Of a stretch of 64,000 nt of DNA, positions 47,226 through 58,014 are shown in pieces. The translations under genes were made by a program, and so were the position numbers. The notes under the pieces are model-generated. The model made no database searches. It worked only from the letters and a program-made list of their open reading frames with translations, and was not told the DNA's origin. The stretch lies in contig JBHGNT010000007.1 of assembly GCA_043228905.1 (NCBI GenBank), forward strand, positions 13,578,001-13,642,000, given 5' to 3'. The stretch comes from Azolla caroliniana. Taxonomy: Eukaryota > Plantae > Polypodiophyta. Positions within the stretch are counted from its first letter, which is position 1; every line of letters begins with the position of its first letter.

Positions 47226-47888
47226 TGTTGGGAGACAGGTCCCTCCGAATGGGAAGGGAGAAGAACAGTGCCGATGAACAGTGCTGAAACCGTATGAGGT
47301 GAACCCGGCTATGGAGAGCCGGATGGTACAGACCCTGTATGAACAGGATGAGGAGTACCCGGCTACAGAGAGCCGGATGATGCAGACCCGGTGAAGACCG
47401 GATGAGGAGTACCCGGCTACGGAGAAACGGATGAAGAGACATATTCGTAAATATGTTTTCTGATAGTCCATCGAGGCTATATTTGTAAATAGCCGAAAAG
47501 TCATATTAGTATAAATATGACTTAGGGCAAACTAGTTTTTTTTTTTGTTGTCAATTTTTTGGGGGTGCAAGAAGTAGAGTGAGCACGTAACAATGTACAG
47601 AGAGAGAGAGAGAGAGGTCGCTGCCTCTGTTGTAACCGCCGCCTGTGGCGAAGATCGTGAGCACGAGGTCGTTGCCTCCGTGAACTCACTGTTTGTACAT
47701 TCCAACGTAGTGATAGTTTGTAGCCTGTGTGGGCTGCCGTGGTTTTTCCCCTAGTTTGGGGTTTTCCACGTAAACCTCCTGTGTATTTTCCTCTTCTTTG
47801 TGTCATGCTTTATTTCCCGTTTTCTGTGTATCATTCTAAGCTCGGTTGTGGCCGAGCGTTGCGCAGAAGGAGCGCCGAGTTCTCGTCA
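47226..47888 (+). mobile_element. Solo LTR of the same copia family, opposite orientation, TSD CAATA
   Basis: TGTTGGGAGA...CGTCA. CAATA at 47221-47225 and 47889-47893. Confidence 0.95.
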
Positions 47889-50288
47889 CAATACTGTTGA
47901 CGCTCTCTCTTTTTCTTCCTGCTGCTGCCTCTAGAGCTCCATCCGGACCTTCTCCGCCTCGTCCAAGCGTCTTGTATTTTCCGCACGTTCGTCGGCGATC
48001 GCCGTCGCGGCCCGATCAACTTCCTGCTGGAGCTCGGCCATCCGTTCCTTATGCTCCGTTTCCAGCCGTTTGTAGTCCCGGTGCAGGTGCTCAAAATCAT
48101 CTGTCTTTTGCTTGAGCCGTGCGTTGATCTGTCGACGGGCCCGGTCCTCGCGGTCCTTCTGCTAGCGGAGCTCTTCCTTTAGCCGTTCAATTTCCGTTTC
48201 CTCCGTCTTCCGCAACTTGTCCTTTTCCTGCAACACTTTGTCTTTTTCCTCCTTTAGCCGATCGTACGCTTGATGGCCTTTCCGGAGGCTCTCCTCTGCT
48301 CGACGGAGGTTCTCAGCAGTCTTCTTTAATTCAGCTTCGGCCGTTGTCTTCAATTCTCGTTCACGGCTCCTTAGTGCCTCTTGTGCAGCAAGTTCATCTT
48401 TCAATTCCGCAAGCTCCTGGGCTTGCGCTGCATCTCTCGCCGGAACGGTTTCCGTTGTCGGGGTCTTATTGGTATGTACAGGTCAATCCGTTTCTTTATT
48501 CTGTACACTTACTGGAGTCACCGGTGATTGGATCTGTGTTGCTGTTAAGGCCATTTTGGCCATCTCTGTCGTGACCTGATCCAAGTCATTTTCAAGGCAC
48601 TGGATTCTGGACCGGGCCGTCTCTAGTTGTTCGGTTGTGACGAGCAACCGTTCGCTTTGCGCTCTTTCTTCTGCCTCAATATACCCCAATGCTTCGGCTA
48701 TCTGTTCGCCTATCCACCGGAGCCACAGGCTACCGGTGCCTTGTTGTGCTTGCACGAAGGTTTGACAGATGGGCTCACTTGTAGATGGGTGGTCCCGCCT
48801 GGTTGCGCCGAGTTGCAGTTCCATTTCTGCCCGTGGACCACCCTGCTGTCCTGGTTCCCCTTGCGCTTCTTCTTGGCTGGCCGAGGGAGGCTGCATTGAC
48901 CTTTCCGGCTCTGGCGGGATGGGACTTGCCGGTGTTGCCGGTGGCGCTGAGGCTTCTGATTCCGGTGCCATGCGCACCGGTTCCGGTTCCTTCCTTGGTG
49001 TGGGAGTCTCAGTATGGGGAGCCGGTGTTCCCTCCGTCTGAGGGTCCGAACGTTTCCCGGCTGCCTCAACAGTCCTTGCCGACGACCGTCGTTGGAGGTG
49101 CTCCGTAGGCTCCTCCTCTATTTCCTCTTCCTGAGTCCTGGCATTGAGTTTTGCCGCCAAGGGGTCCGCTTCTCTATTCATCGGTCGGCGGAGTGTAACC
49201 TTTACGGGCCGTGCCGGTGGTTCCTCCTGCGCATCCGTTGGCCGCTTCCGGCTGGCGCTCTCCTTTCCCGCCTTTCCCTTAGTGGCCTTAGAGGCCAACA
49301 ACTGTTGTCGTTTGGAAGCCGTCTTTGGGGTGCCGTCCGCCACTCTTCCTCGCTTCTTGGGCTGGACGGGCTAGACGGGTGGCACAAGCAAGGTGAGCCA
49401 CTACGTTACGGCGTGCCATATCTTCCGTCCGTCTCGGCCTTCTTTGCCGTCTTTGCCTCTGACGATCTCGATCGCCGCACACAACCCGTCTGTGATCAAT
49501 ACCGGCCAATCCACCTTGATCCCTTCATAGGTGGCGATGATCATCCTTGCCTGGTTCTGCGGCATGACAGGGGGTCTAGGGTACACGTGGCCGTATTCGT
49601 GGAGCACATGAGCAATCTCGCGGAACAACATATCTCCGCCGCCCTATGTCCGGTAGCCCTTGCTAGCTAGAGAGTACTCACCAAAATACTTGATGAGTTG
49701 CTCCGGAGTTGGGTTGTCAATCGTGAGTATGCCTCCCTCCGGAAGTCCTGTTAACGCTCGAATCGCCTCTGCTGTTATGACCTCTGTGTCGATTTCTTTG
49801 ATCACTTTGTCGGCTTCTTTGTGTGGTGGTACTTCCATCATCATCAAGAAGCCCTCGAGCCCGTGTTGCTTTAGCCATGTCTTGGCGGCTTCCGACAGCG
49901 TTTGCGGGTCCATGTCTGTGTCGAGGTCGGATTGCGGTGGCGAGGTTGGATGGTGATGAGAGTGAGATTGAGAGAGAGAGAGTTCAGAAGGCGGGGGTTC
50001 TCTGTGCGTAGGTTCTCGTCCGATGATCTTGCAGCGTCTTGGTGCTTCTGTGCTCCTGGGTTCGCGAAAGTAAAGGGTCTCTACACGCAGTGGTTTTTGT
50101 CTGTGCATTCTGGCGCCTTTTTCGAGTGTGTGCATGTCGTGTACTAAAATAACATTATGTCCTATGGTGGCGCTTTAAATGCCCACTACGTACCTTTTCG
50201 CTCCTCACTCTTTCATCCATTCATTCCTCGCTTTTGCATGATTGTTTTTTATTTTATTTTATTTATTTATTTTTAATTTAGTGTGACG

Positions 50289-53200
50289 TTACTTTTCCGT
50301 TGGTCCTCTCGGACCCTTACCGGCCTCATTCTCCCCAGTTACCGGCTCGCCGTCTCTGCCGTCTTGGTGGTTGCCATTTCCCTCACTGGTGTCGGTCCTT
50401 TGCTCAAATGGGTTCTTAGGCATCGGTCCTCTATATGGCTTCAATCGGAATCCGTTGACCCATTTGCCTAGCACTTCGCCGGCAAGTGTCCCTAACTGGT
50501 AGGACCCATTATACTCCCGTGTTAGCCAATACGGTCCGGTCCATCTAAACCGTAGTTTACCCGGCATCTTGCCCATCCGGGTCTGAAATACTAACACCAG
50601 TTTGCCAATTGCGAACATTTTTTCGTTTCCTTTCCTGTGTCGGTCGACAAATGCTTTCCGTCGCCGTTGTTCCAATTCTAAGTGCAGGATGCTTGCCAGT
50701 CGTTGTTCCTCGAGTTCACACAGCGTTGTTAACCGTATTGCCTCTGACTCCTTCTCGTTCAGCCGTTCCCGTAGCTAGATCCGTAAGCTGGGTACTTGGA
50801 ATTCCACCAACATTACTGCCTCTAGTCCGAACGCTAACCGGAACGGTGTTGTTCGGATGCTCGTCTTGTATGCCGTCCGGTATGCCCAAAGCGCGCTATG
50901 TAGCTTGGTATCCCAATCCGTTCGGTTTTCATTGACGATCTTCCGGAGGATATTCTGGAGCGTCTTGTTCGTTGATTCCGCTAAACCGTTCGCTTGCGGA
51001 TAGTAAGGTGTGCTCCGTTTGTGGACAACGGCATAGAATGCCGTCAGGCTTTCCACTACTTGGCCAAGAAAGTGCCCCCCTTGGTCGCTTATTAATTCAA
51101 TTGGGCATCCGTAACGGCACCAGATGTACTTGTATAGAAATTTCGTCGTTGACGCAGCGGTGTTGTCCCTTAAAGCTTTGGCCTCCACCCATTTCGTGCA
51201 GTAATCCGTCGCGACGATGACGTACCGATTACCCGTTCTCATTGCCGGTGGTTTGAACAGTCCAACAAAGTCCAGCCCCCACTTCTGGAATGGCTCCAGT
51301 GGTAGTACCGGCTGGTGTGGCATACGAGCCTGCTCCGTTGGCTGGCCCATTCGCTGGCATAGGTCACATTCTTTTGCGTACCATACCGCATCTCTTAATG
51401 TCGTTGGCCACCATAGGCCACTTTGCCATATTTTCCTGGCTATCGCATCTCCGGCATAGTGACCTCCGACAACTCCGCAGTGGGCTTCCCTCAGTATGAG
51501 GTCCTTTTCATCGCTGCACACAACCCGTCTCCATATGCCGTCCGCGCCCTTGTGGTAAAGTGTGTCTTGCAGTAAGCAGAAATGTCGGCTTTGCACCGCC
51601 AGGCGTTTCCGTTCGTCCCAGTTCATCTCTTCCGTAGGCAGTCCTGTGCTCAAAAACTGGTGCATATTTGTGAGCCACTTGTCTTCCTAGGCCACCTCTC
51701 ATCTGCTGCCATCTTCGTAGTGACTCAAAACAGCTCCGCATTCGGAAACTCATCCGCTACTCCGTCACCCGTCTCTCCGGACTCTAATCGGCTTAAGTAA
51801 TCCACCACGGCATGCTGTATACCGGGTCGGTGGAATATTTCAAACTCGAATTCCTGTAACAGTAAGGTCCACCGGGCCAATTTGCTAGTGAGTGACGCTT
51901 TTGACACCAGGTAAAGGAGTGCCGAATGATCTACATGGAAGGAAAACTTCCTTCCCAATAAATAATGCCGAAACTTTGTCACACTATAGATCATCCCTAG
52001 AGCTTCCCGTTCCGTGGTAGAGTAGTTCTGTTCTACTTGGGATAGCTTTCGGCTGGCATAGTACACTGGCCAGTACCACTTTGGTTCCGTAAGCTGCATC
52101 AGTACGCTTCCGATTGCGATGTCGGAGGCGTCCACGAACACGTGAAATTCTTTACTCCAATCCGGAGGCTGCACTACTGGTGCTTGCGACAATAGCACCT
52201 TGAGGGCCCTATACGCCCTATCCTCGGTGTCGGTCCACTGGAATGGTGTCCGATGTACGGCGGCATGCAACGGTGTAGCCAGGTCGGCCAAGTATCGGAG
52301 CATCCGATTGTGCCACCGGATCTGGCCTAAGAACCGGCTTAATGCCTTTGCCGTTGCCGGCGAAGGTGCTTCTAATATGGCTTTCACTTTGTCCGGGTCG
52401 ACTGCAATACCTTCCTGGCTCACAATATGTCCTAATAGAGTTCCACTGGATATGCCAAATACACACTTTACCGGATTCAAGCTTAGCCGGTACGCTCTAC
52501 ACTTTTCAAGACAAAGGCGGAGGTGTTGAAAATGGTCCTCCTCCCGGCTATAGACGGCGAAATCGTCAAGGAAAACCTGCATAAAAGCCGGAATATATTC
52601 ACCAAAGATTTTCATGATGATTCGTTGAAATGTTGTCGGTGCCGTTTTGAGTCCAAACATCATTACCACGGCCACAAACACCCCCCATTCGGTGACGAAA
52701 GTCGTTTTCTCTTGGTCGTCGGGGTGCATCCGGATCTGATTATCCGTCTAGGAAGCTATAGACCTCATGGCCGGCGACGACATCCAACACTCCATCTGTG
52801 AACGGAAGTGGAAACGCATCCGTTACCGTAGCTGCATTGAGTTTCCGGTAGTCCACACAAACTCGAATTTTTCCGTTCTTCTTCGGTACGACTATGATCG
52901 GGCTCAGCCATGTCGCTTTCTTTACCGGACGGATAAAGCCAACTCTTAGCAGTTTGTCGATTTCCTCCTTGACTTTGGCGGCATAATTGGGATTCATCTG
53001 GTACCGTCTTTGTGCCACTGGTTTTGCATCCTTGCTCAAGTGCACCTGATGCTGGTACAACTGAGGGTCGAGTCCTCGCATGTCTTCGTATGACCAGGCG
53101 AACACATCGCGAAATTTCATGGGAAGTGTGATCATCGCCGTTTTGTCTTCGGACTTCATCTCCTTGGCGATGTGCACCGGTTTTGCTTCGTCCGTGGTCC

Positions 53201-56064
53201 CTAGGTTCACCTCTTCTAGTTGCGACGCTTTTACGCACTGTGAAACGGCCATTTCCCATTCCAACGCTTCTTGCGCTTGCTGTAACTCCCGGATTGCGTC
53301 TTTATCCGGTTCTGCTTCAGCCTCTTCCGGTTGCGATAAGTATGGTGCTACTGCTTCGGCAATGTCAATTTCGAAGAGGGGTATGATCTTCGGGTTTTCC
53401 TACAAGTACTGAGCTTCTTCTTCGTCAGCTAACCCTTCTAGCATGTTGACGCATTCCGCATACAACGGTGTACATTCCTTGCCAGTGCTCGTCCTTGGCT
53501 GTGTTGGTACCCGTACCTTGGCTTTTCCTCGCCAGAAGGTAATTATATTTTTCCTCCAATTCTGTTTGATATGTGCCGTTTTCAACCATGGCCAACCCAG
53601 CAACAGCGGGTATGCGCCTTGTGCCTGTAATTGTAGCACTACTGCCAAGATGTGAAATGTATGACCGTCGACGGTGACTTCTAATTTCTGTATTAATCAT
53701 GTCGGCCGCACTGAGCTTGTATCGGCCATCCGCAACCAAAACGGACACGGCTCCCACTCGTGGATTCCTAGGGCATCACACGTCCGGAGGCTTATTACAT
53801 TCACCCCAGAGCCTCCGTCTATAACTGTGCCGGGGAGTTCTTTCCCTTTTACAATGGCAGTGATTACCGGACTGCTAGTGTCCACCACCGTTGGTCCCTC
53901 CTCCGGATTCGAGAAGAGTACCGGTGCCAGTGATGGTTCTCCTGCCGTCATGGCCGTCTTCAGTCCTTCCGTGAATCTTGGCACGAGTTGTAGGAGTCTT
54001 CCTAGTGGCAACGTAATCTGGCATTCTTGCAACGCCTGCCATGTCTCGTTCTCGGAGTGACTACCGCCGGCCAGCCCTACGGTGTTCTCCTTTTGCCGCT
54101 GTAAGTCTGTGACATTCTGCTCATTTGCTTTCTTTACCCATTCCATTGCTTGTTTCCGGATGGTCTCCTGCATCTCCCATTCCTTGGCCATGCCTTTCGA
54201 CCTTGTGGTCACCTGCTGCAGATCTGCCACCTCAGGGACTACCATATTTACCGTCGGTCGTTTTTCATAGCTCTTCACCGGGCATTGGTTACTATAATGG
54301 CCTTCCTGTCGGCAGTAGTAGCAGTAGGCTTTCCGGGTATTGCTAGATTCGGCATTGTCTATTGTACCTAGGGCAGGTCCTGCGGTACGCGCAGGGTTTT
54401 GGACCGGTAGGCTGCTTGGAGCTCCTTGTTCCGGATCCCGTGGGTAGCCGCCTTTTTTAAAATGCCGTTTTTTGTTATAGCTCTTCTTATTGCGGTACTC
54501 TTGACGGGGTTGCTCGTTATATCTGCCGTATTCCTCCCGTTGCTGACGATACCCGAGGGAGTGCTCCCGGTCGTAATGTTCATATCGTCTATTGTAATCC
54601 CGATACCGATCATGCCGGTCATAGTTATCCCGTCGATCACCGTACCGGACATCATTCTCCCGTTGATCGCCATACCGGACATCCTGTGCCGGTCGGTCGC
54701 GGTCCATTCGCCGCCAGCGTTCCTCTTCTTCATCCTGGCTGCTGCGTGGCTCAATTTGTCGGACGGGCGGTGCTTACCGGTTCAACAGATTATACTCGCA
54801 CCTATCCGTCGTATGGCTCTTGGATTGACAGATTACACATTGCGTCCTCATAGTGCATTCTAGAGCCGAGTGTCCGGAATTCAAGCAGGTTGTGCACTGT
54901 ATTGCTTGCCGAAACCGGAGGTCTTCATCGAACGGTAACGCCCGTTGGAGTGCTCCCAGTGTGAGCCAGGAGCTTGTCTTTTCCATCTCTCTCACCCGGT
55001 CAATGACCTGGTCGATGGTACTTGTGCGGAAGTCAATTACCGTGCAAACCGTGCGTAGGGGTTCCCGGAGCGCGTTTAGGAATATAGTCCGTAATTCCTC
55101 CTCCGGGGGTGCGCAGGCAAGCTGACTATGCATCCGTTGAAATCGAATGACAAATTGGGGAATGCTCTCCCCTGCCTCCTGTCGGATGGTATAAAATAAG
55201 CCTACCACTATGGTCTGGTCCACCTCCTTTTGGAAAAAATGCAAGAATTTAGCTTTTAAATCTGCAAAGGTGTTGATGGTAGAAGAGTCCTGCGTCCGGC
55301 GCCATCTTGCTGCCGGTCCCTCCAATGTGACGCCAAATTCCGCTATCTTAGAGCGTTCTTCTTCATCCGGGGTCAATCGCTGGGACACATGGTTGGCTTC
55401 CCATGTCTGTTCGAAGGCGTGCACATGAGCTTCCGCGTCCGGATCATCTCTATACTTGGAGTATTGGAACAGCATGTCGTCGTCCGGTATCGGTGCGCGG
55501 GCTGGTAGCGTTGGTGCTCCTTCCGGAATTTTCTCCGACGTCGGTGGTCTTTCCCGATTTGTTTCCGACGTCGGTGGTTTTTCCTCTTCTTTTGGTGACA
55601 GAGGCCTCTCCTCTTCGACTTCCGGTGTCGGAGGTCGCTCTTCCTCTGCTGGTTCCAAGGGTTCCAGCATTAGCACTTCCGGTTCCGGTGTTGGTAAGGT
55701 ATCCGATCCTTTGTCCTCCGGTCTGCCCAAGGTTTCGTTGCTGCTACGGTAGTTCGTGTGCATGTTGTATTCCCCTTCGGAGTCCGATTCATATGCTGAA
55801 AAGGCTTCTGCTTCGCCTTCTCCGTTTGCCAACGCGTGGAGAAGGGATTCGGTTTCCCGGAGGCTGCTTAGGCTGCTACCATCGTCCGGGTGCGATGTTT
55901 GCTGTAACCAGAGGGAGTCCTCCGCTACTCTCCGGATTACGTTGGAAAACGAGCGATCTGCTCTAATTTCCTGCGTCGCTTGCTGGAAAGCCTCACGTCT
56001 CCTTTGCCTTTCGGCAAGGCGTCGAGTTCGATCTGTAACCAGGTCGTGCATTGATCTAGACATC
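50289..56064 (-). pseudogene. Gag-pol of the Athila-like element (three zinc knuckles, PR, RT, RNase H, INT with GPY/F), disrupted
   Basis: CTTCLNSGHSALEC, CVICQSKSHTTDRC, CYYCRQEGHYSNQC; IDGGSGVN; CVDYRKLN, FGLKTAP, FLDD; FVDAS; HCG..GH..CDLC, YPQANGLAE, RWTGPY, VNGFRLKPY. Confidence 0.95.
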
Positions 56065-58014
56065 CATCCGTGCCGTCGTTCGCTGCAAAAACAGGAATCG
56101 TGGTTGCCAAAAACTATGTTAACTCTTAGGGCCGAACAATGGCCTAACACAGAGTGTCTATGGAAGACACTTCACCAAAGGGTGTTACGGCAACCGGATT
56201 AGACTCAACCCTTAATCCGACTTAATTAAGTTACTTCGCATGATCGTCTTTCATAATCACACACGTAAGATATAACAATTAAGACAGAACGGCAATTAAC
56301 ACAGAGAGATAACAACGCTAAGCTTTTATTAATTAACCGCCATTCATTACATTGTATCCAGGCCTTTAAATAGGTTTCCGGTCTGTATTACAAAACGGTG
56401 CCATCCGCACCTGTTCGGGATCGGTCCGGATCCGGAACAGCATACCGATTCCGGTCCGTCCATCCACACTCATAGCTTAATTACAACCACATTCCTACTA
56501 CTTAAATAACTCTCCGTTTCCCACTCTGGACTCCTTTGTCGGCCGGTAACAGCTGCTTTGAATACGATCAACTATGTTCTTTGGTTTTTCAAGAGAACCA
56601 CTTTCCACATTCATGGTTGTAAAGTCAACAACTATGCTTCCTGTTTCCCCATCAACCATCTTGCCGGATTACCACCAAATTCCTATACATACAACAACAA
56701 ATTAAGTCAAGTTTCCTCCTCTCCCCATGAGCTTATTCTTCGGCCCCCACACCATCATCACTCATTCTTATCAAAAAACATAAAAACTGCTTCGTTAAGT
56801 CATCATCAACCATCTCGCCAAATACACCAAATTCATGCACATAAACAATAAGATGTATCTAAATTCCTCATCTCCTCATAAGAATGTGCTTCGACTTCCA
56901 CACCATCATCACTCATCCTTATCCAAAACCTCAAGTCAGAGGAGTTACCTGTCACATCAGCATGATGTCCTATCCATGGGCCCATTGTTCGATCTGCCAT
57001 CACCAAGCTTGTCAGAGGGGTTGCTTGTCACATCGACATGAGGTCCTATCCATGGGCCCATTGTCGATCCGCCATCACCGAGCTTGTTCGAGAATATCAA
57101 TTGGTAATATAAATGTCATTTCTCTTTGTTCTCTTACAAAGAATGCAAAGAAACATTGATTCATAAGCCATATTTTATTTATCCATCCTTTCTCTAAAGG
57201 GATGGTTTCTTAGCTAGGAGAATTATGAAAAGCTTTTACAAAATAATGGTTGTACCTAAAACAGTGAAAGTTGCCAGAATTCGTGAACTGGTGTAAATGA
57301 GCAAAAGAATGTGATTTACAAGTGAATAGCAACCACAGTTCAAAATAAATTCCCATCAAATACAAGAAACGTATTTCTGGTAGACATGAATACCATAAGA
57401 GGTATGAAGAGAGACATATTTCATGAAAAATCAAGCTAATATAAACCATATTTTTTCTTCAAAATAAAACAAAAGAGAAACCAAAACGAGTCAAACCGCA
57501 TCCATTGACTGGAAACTGAAGAGATGGTAGAGATTTCCATGATAACTATCACCATAACTGTCAGGATCAATACAGCTTTTCCTAATTTCTCACGCTTTCC
57601 CCTGTTTGTCTTTATCTGCCCATTATATTTGCAGCTTAAAATTCAGATTCACACGTTAATCTAACTAATATCCAGATACAAGCAAATAATCTAACTGCTT
57701 TCCCATACAACTGTCACATTACATTCTATGTGTCCCATTTTTTGTAACATAGGATCACCATTTTGAACTACTTGAAAGATCTTGAGCTCTACAATTTTTC
57801 TATTGTTGGTTCTGTATGTAGACCAAGAGATAAATCTCATAAACGTTTATCATTTATACATCAGTTCAATGTCATATCTAGGCTGTAGATACAGTGGAAA
57901 GGGTGGAAATATCAGTTTTAACAGCATTTGCTGAAGTTTACTAACATCATTTTCTTGTTCACATTTGAGACAAGTTGATCTTATTGTGTTAATGACACCA
58001 TTGTGTTCTTGCAG

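Larger units (their letters stand above)
45610..49913 (-). pseudogene. Accessory ORF of the Athila-like element: globular N-terminus, low-complexity linker, long coiled coil; ~970 codons reconstructed
   Basis: ORFs 49644-50135, 49401-49631, 48483-49343 and 48162-48404 share one frame. Removing both solo LTRs and one TSD each leaves 2919 nt (973 codons) from ATG 49913 to the stop at 45610. Confidence 0.75.
45247..56551 (-). mobile_element. Full-length non-chromoviral (Athila-like) Ty3/gypsy element with long 3' accessory ORF, TSD GCTGC
   Basis: LTRs at 45247-45691 and 56117-56551 (TGTTA...TAACA). GCTGC at 45242-45246 and 56552-56556. Minus-strand gag-pol, with TATA (CCTATTTAAA) and AATAAA on the minus strand of the LTR. 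Confidence 0.96.

Noticed and set aside
46573-47442. 289-aa ORF as a standalone gene
   Set aside because: It is a chimera of two solo-LTR ends and a central piece of the Ty3 accessory ORF.
50289-56150. In-frame stops (CAA/CAG/CGA/TGG to stop) as U-to-C editing or read-through sites
   Set aside because: Reverse editing in ferns is organellar. These stops fit deamination of methylated cytosine in silenced nuclear TEs and co-occur with frameshifts.
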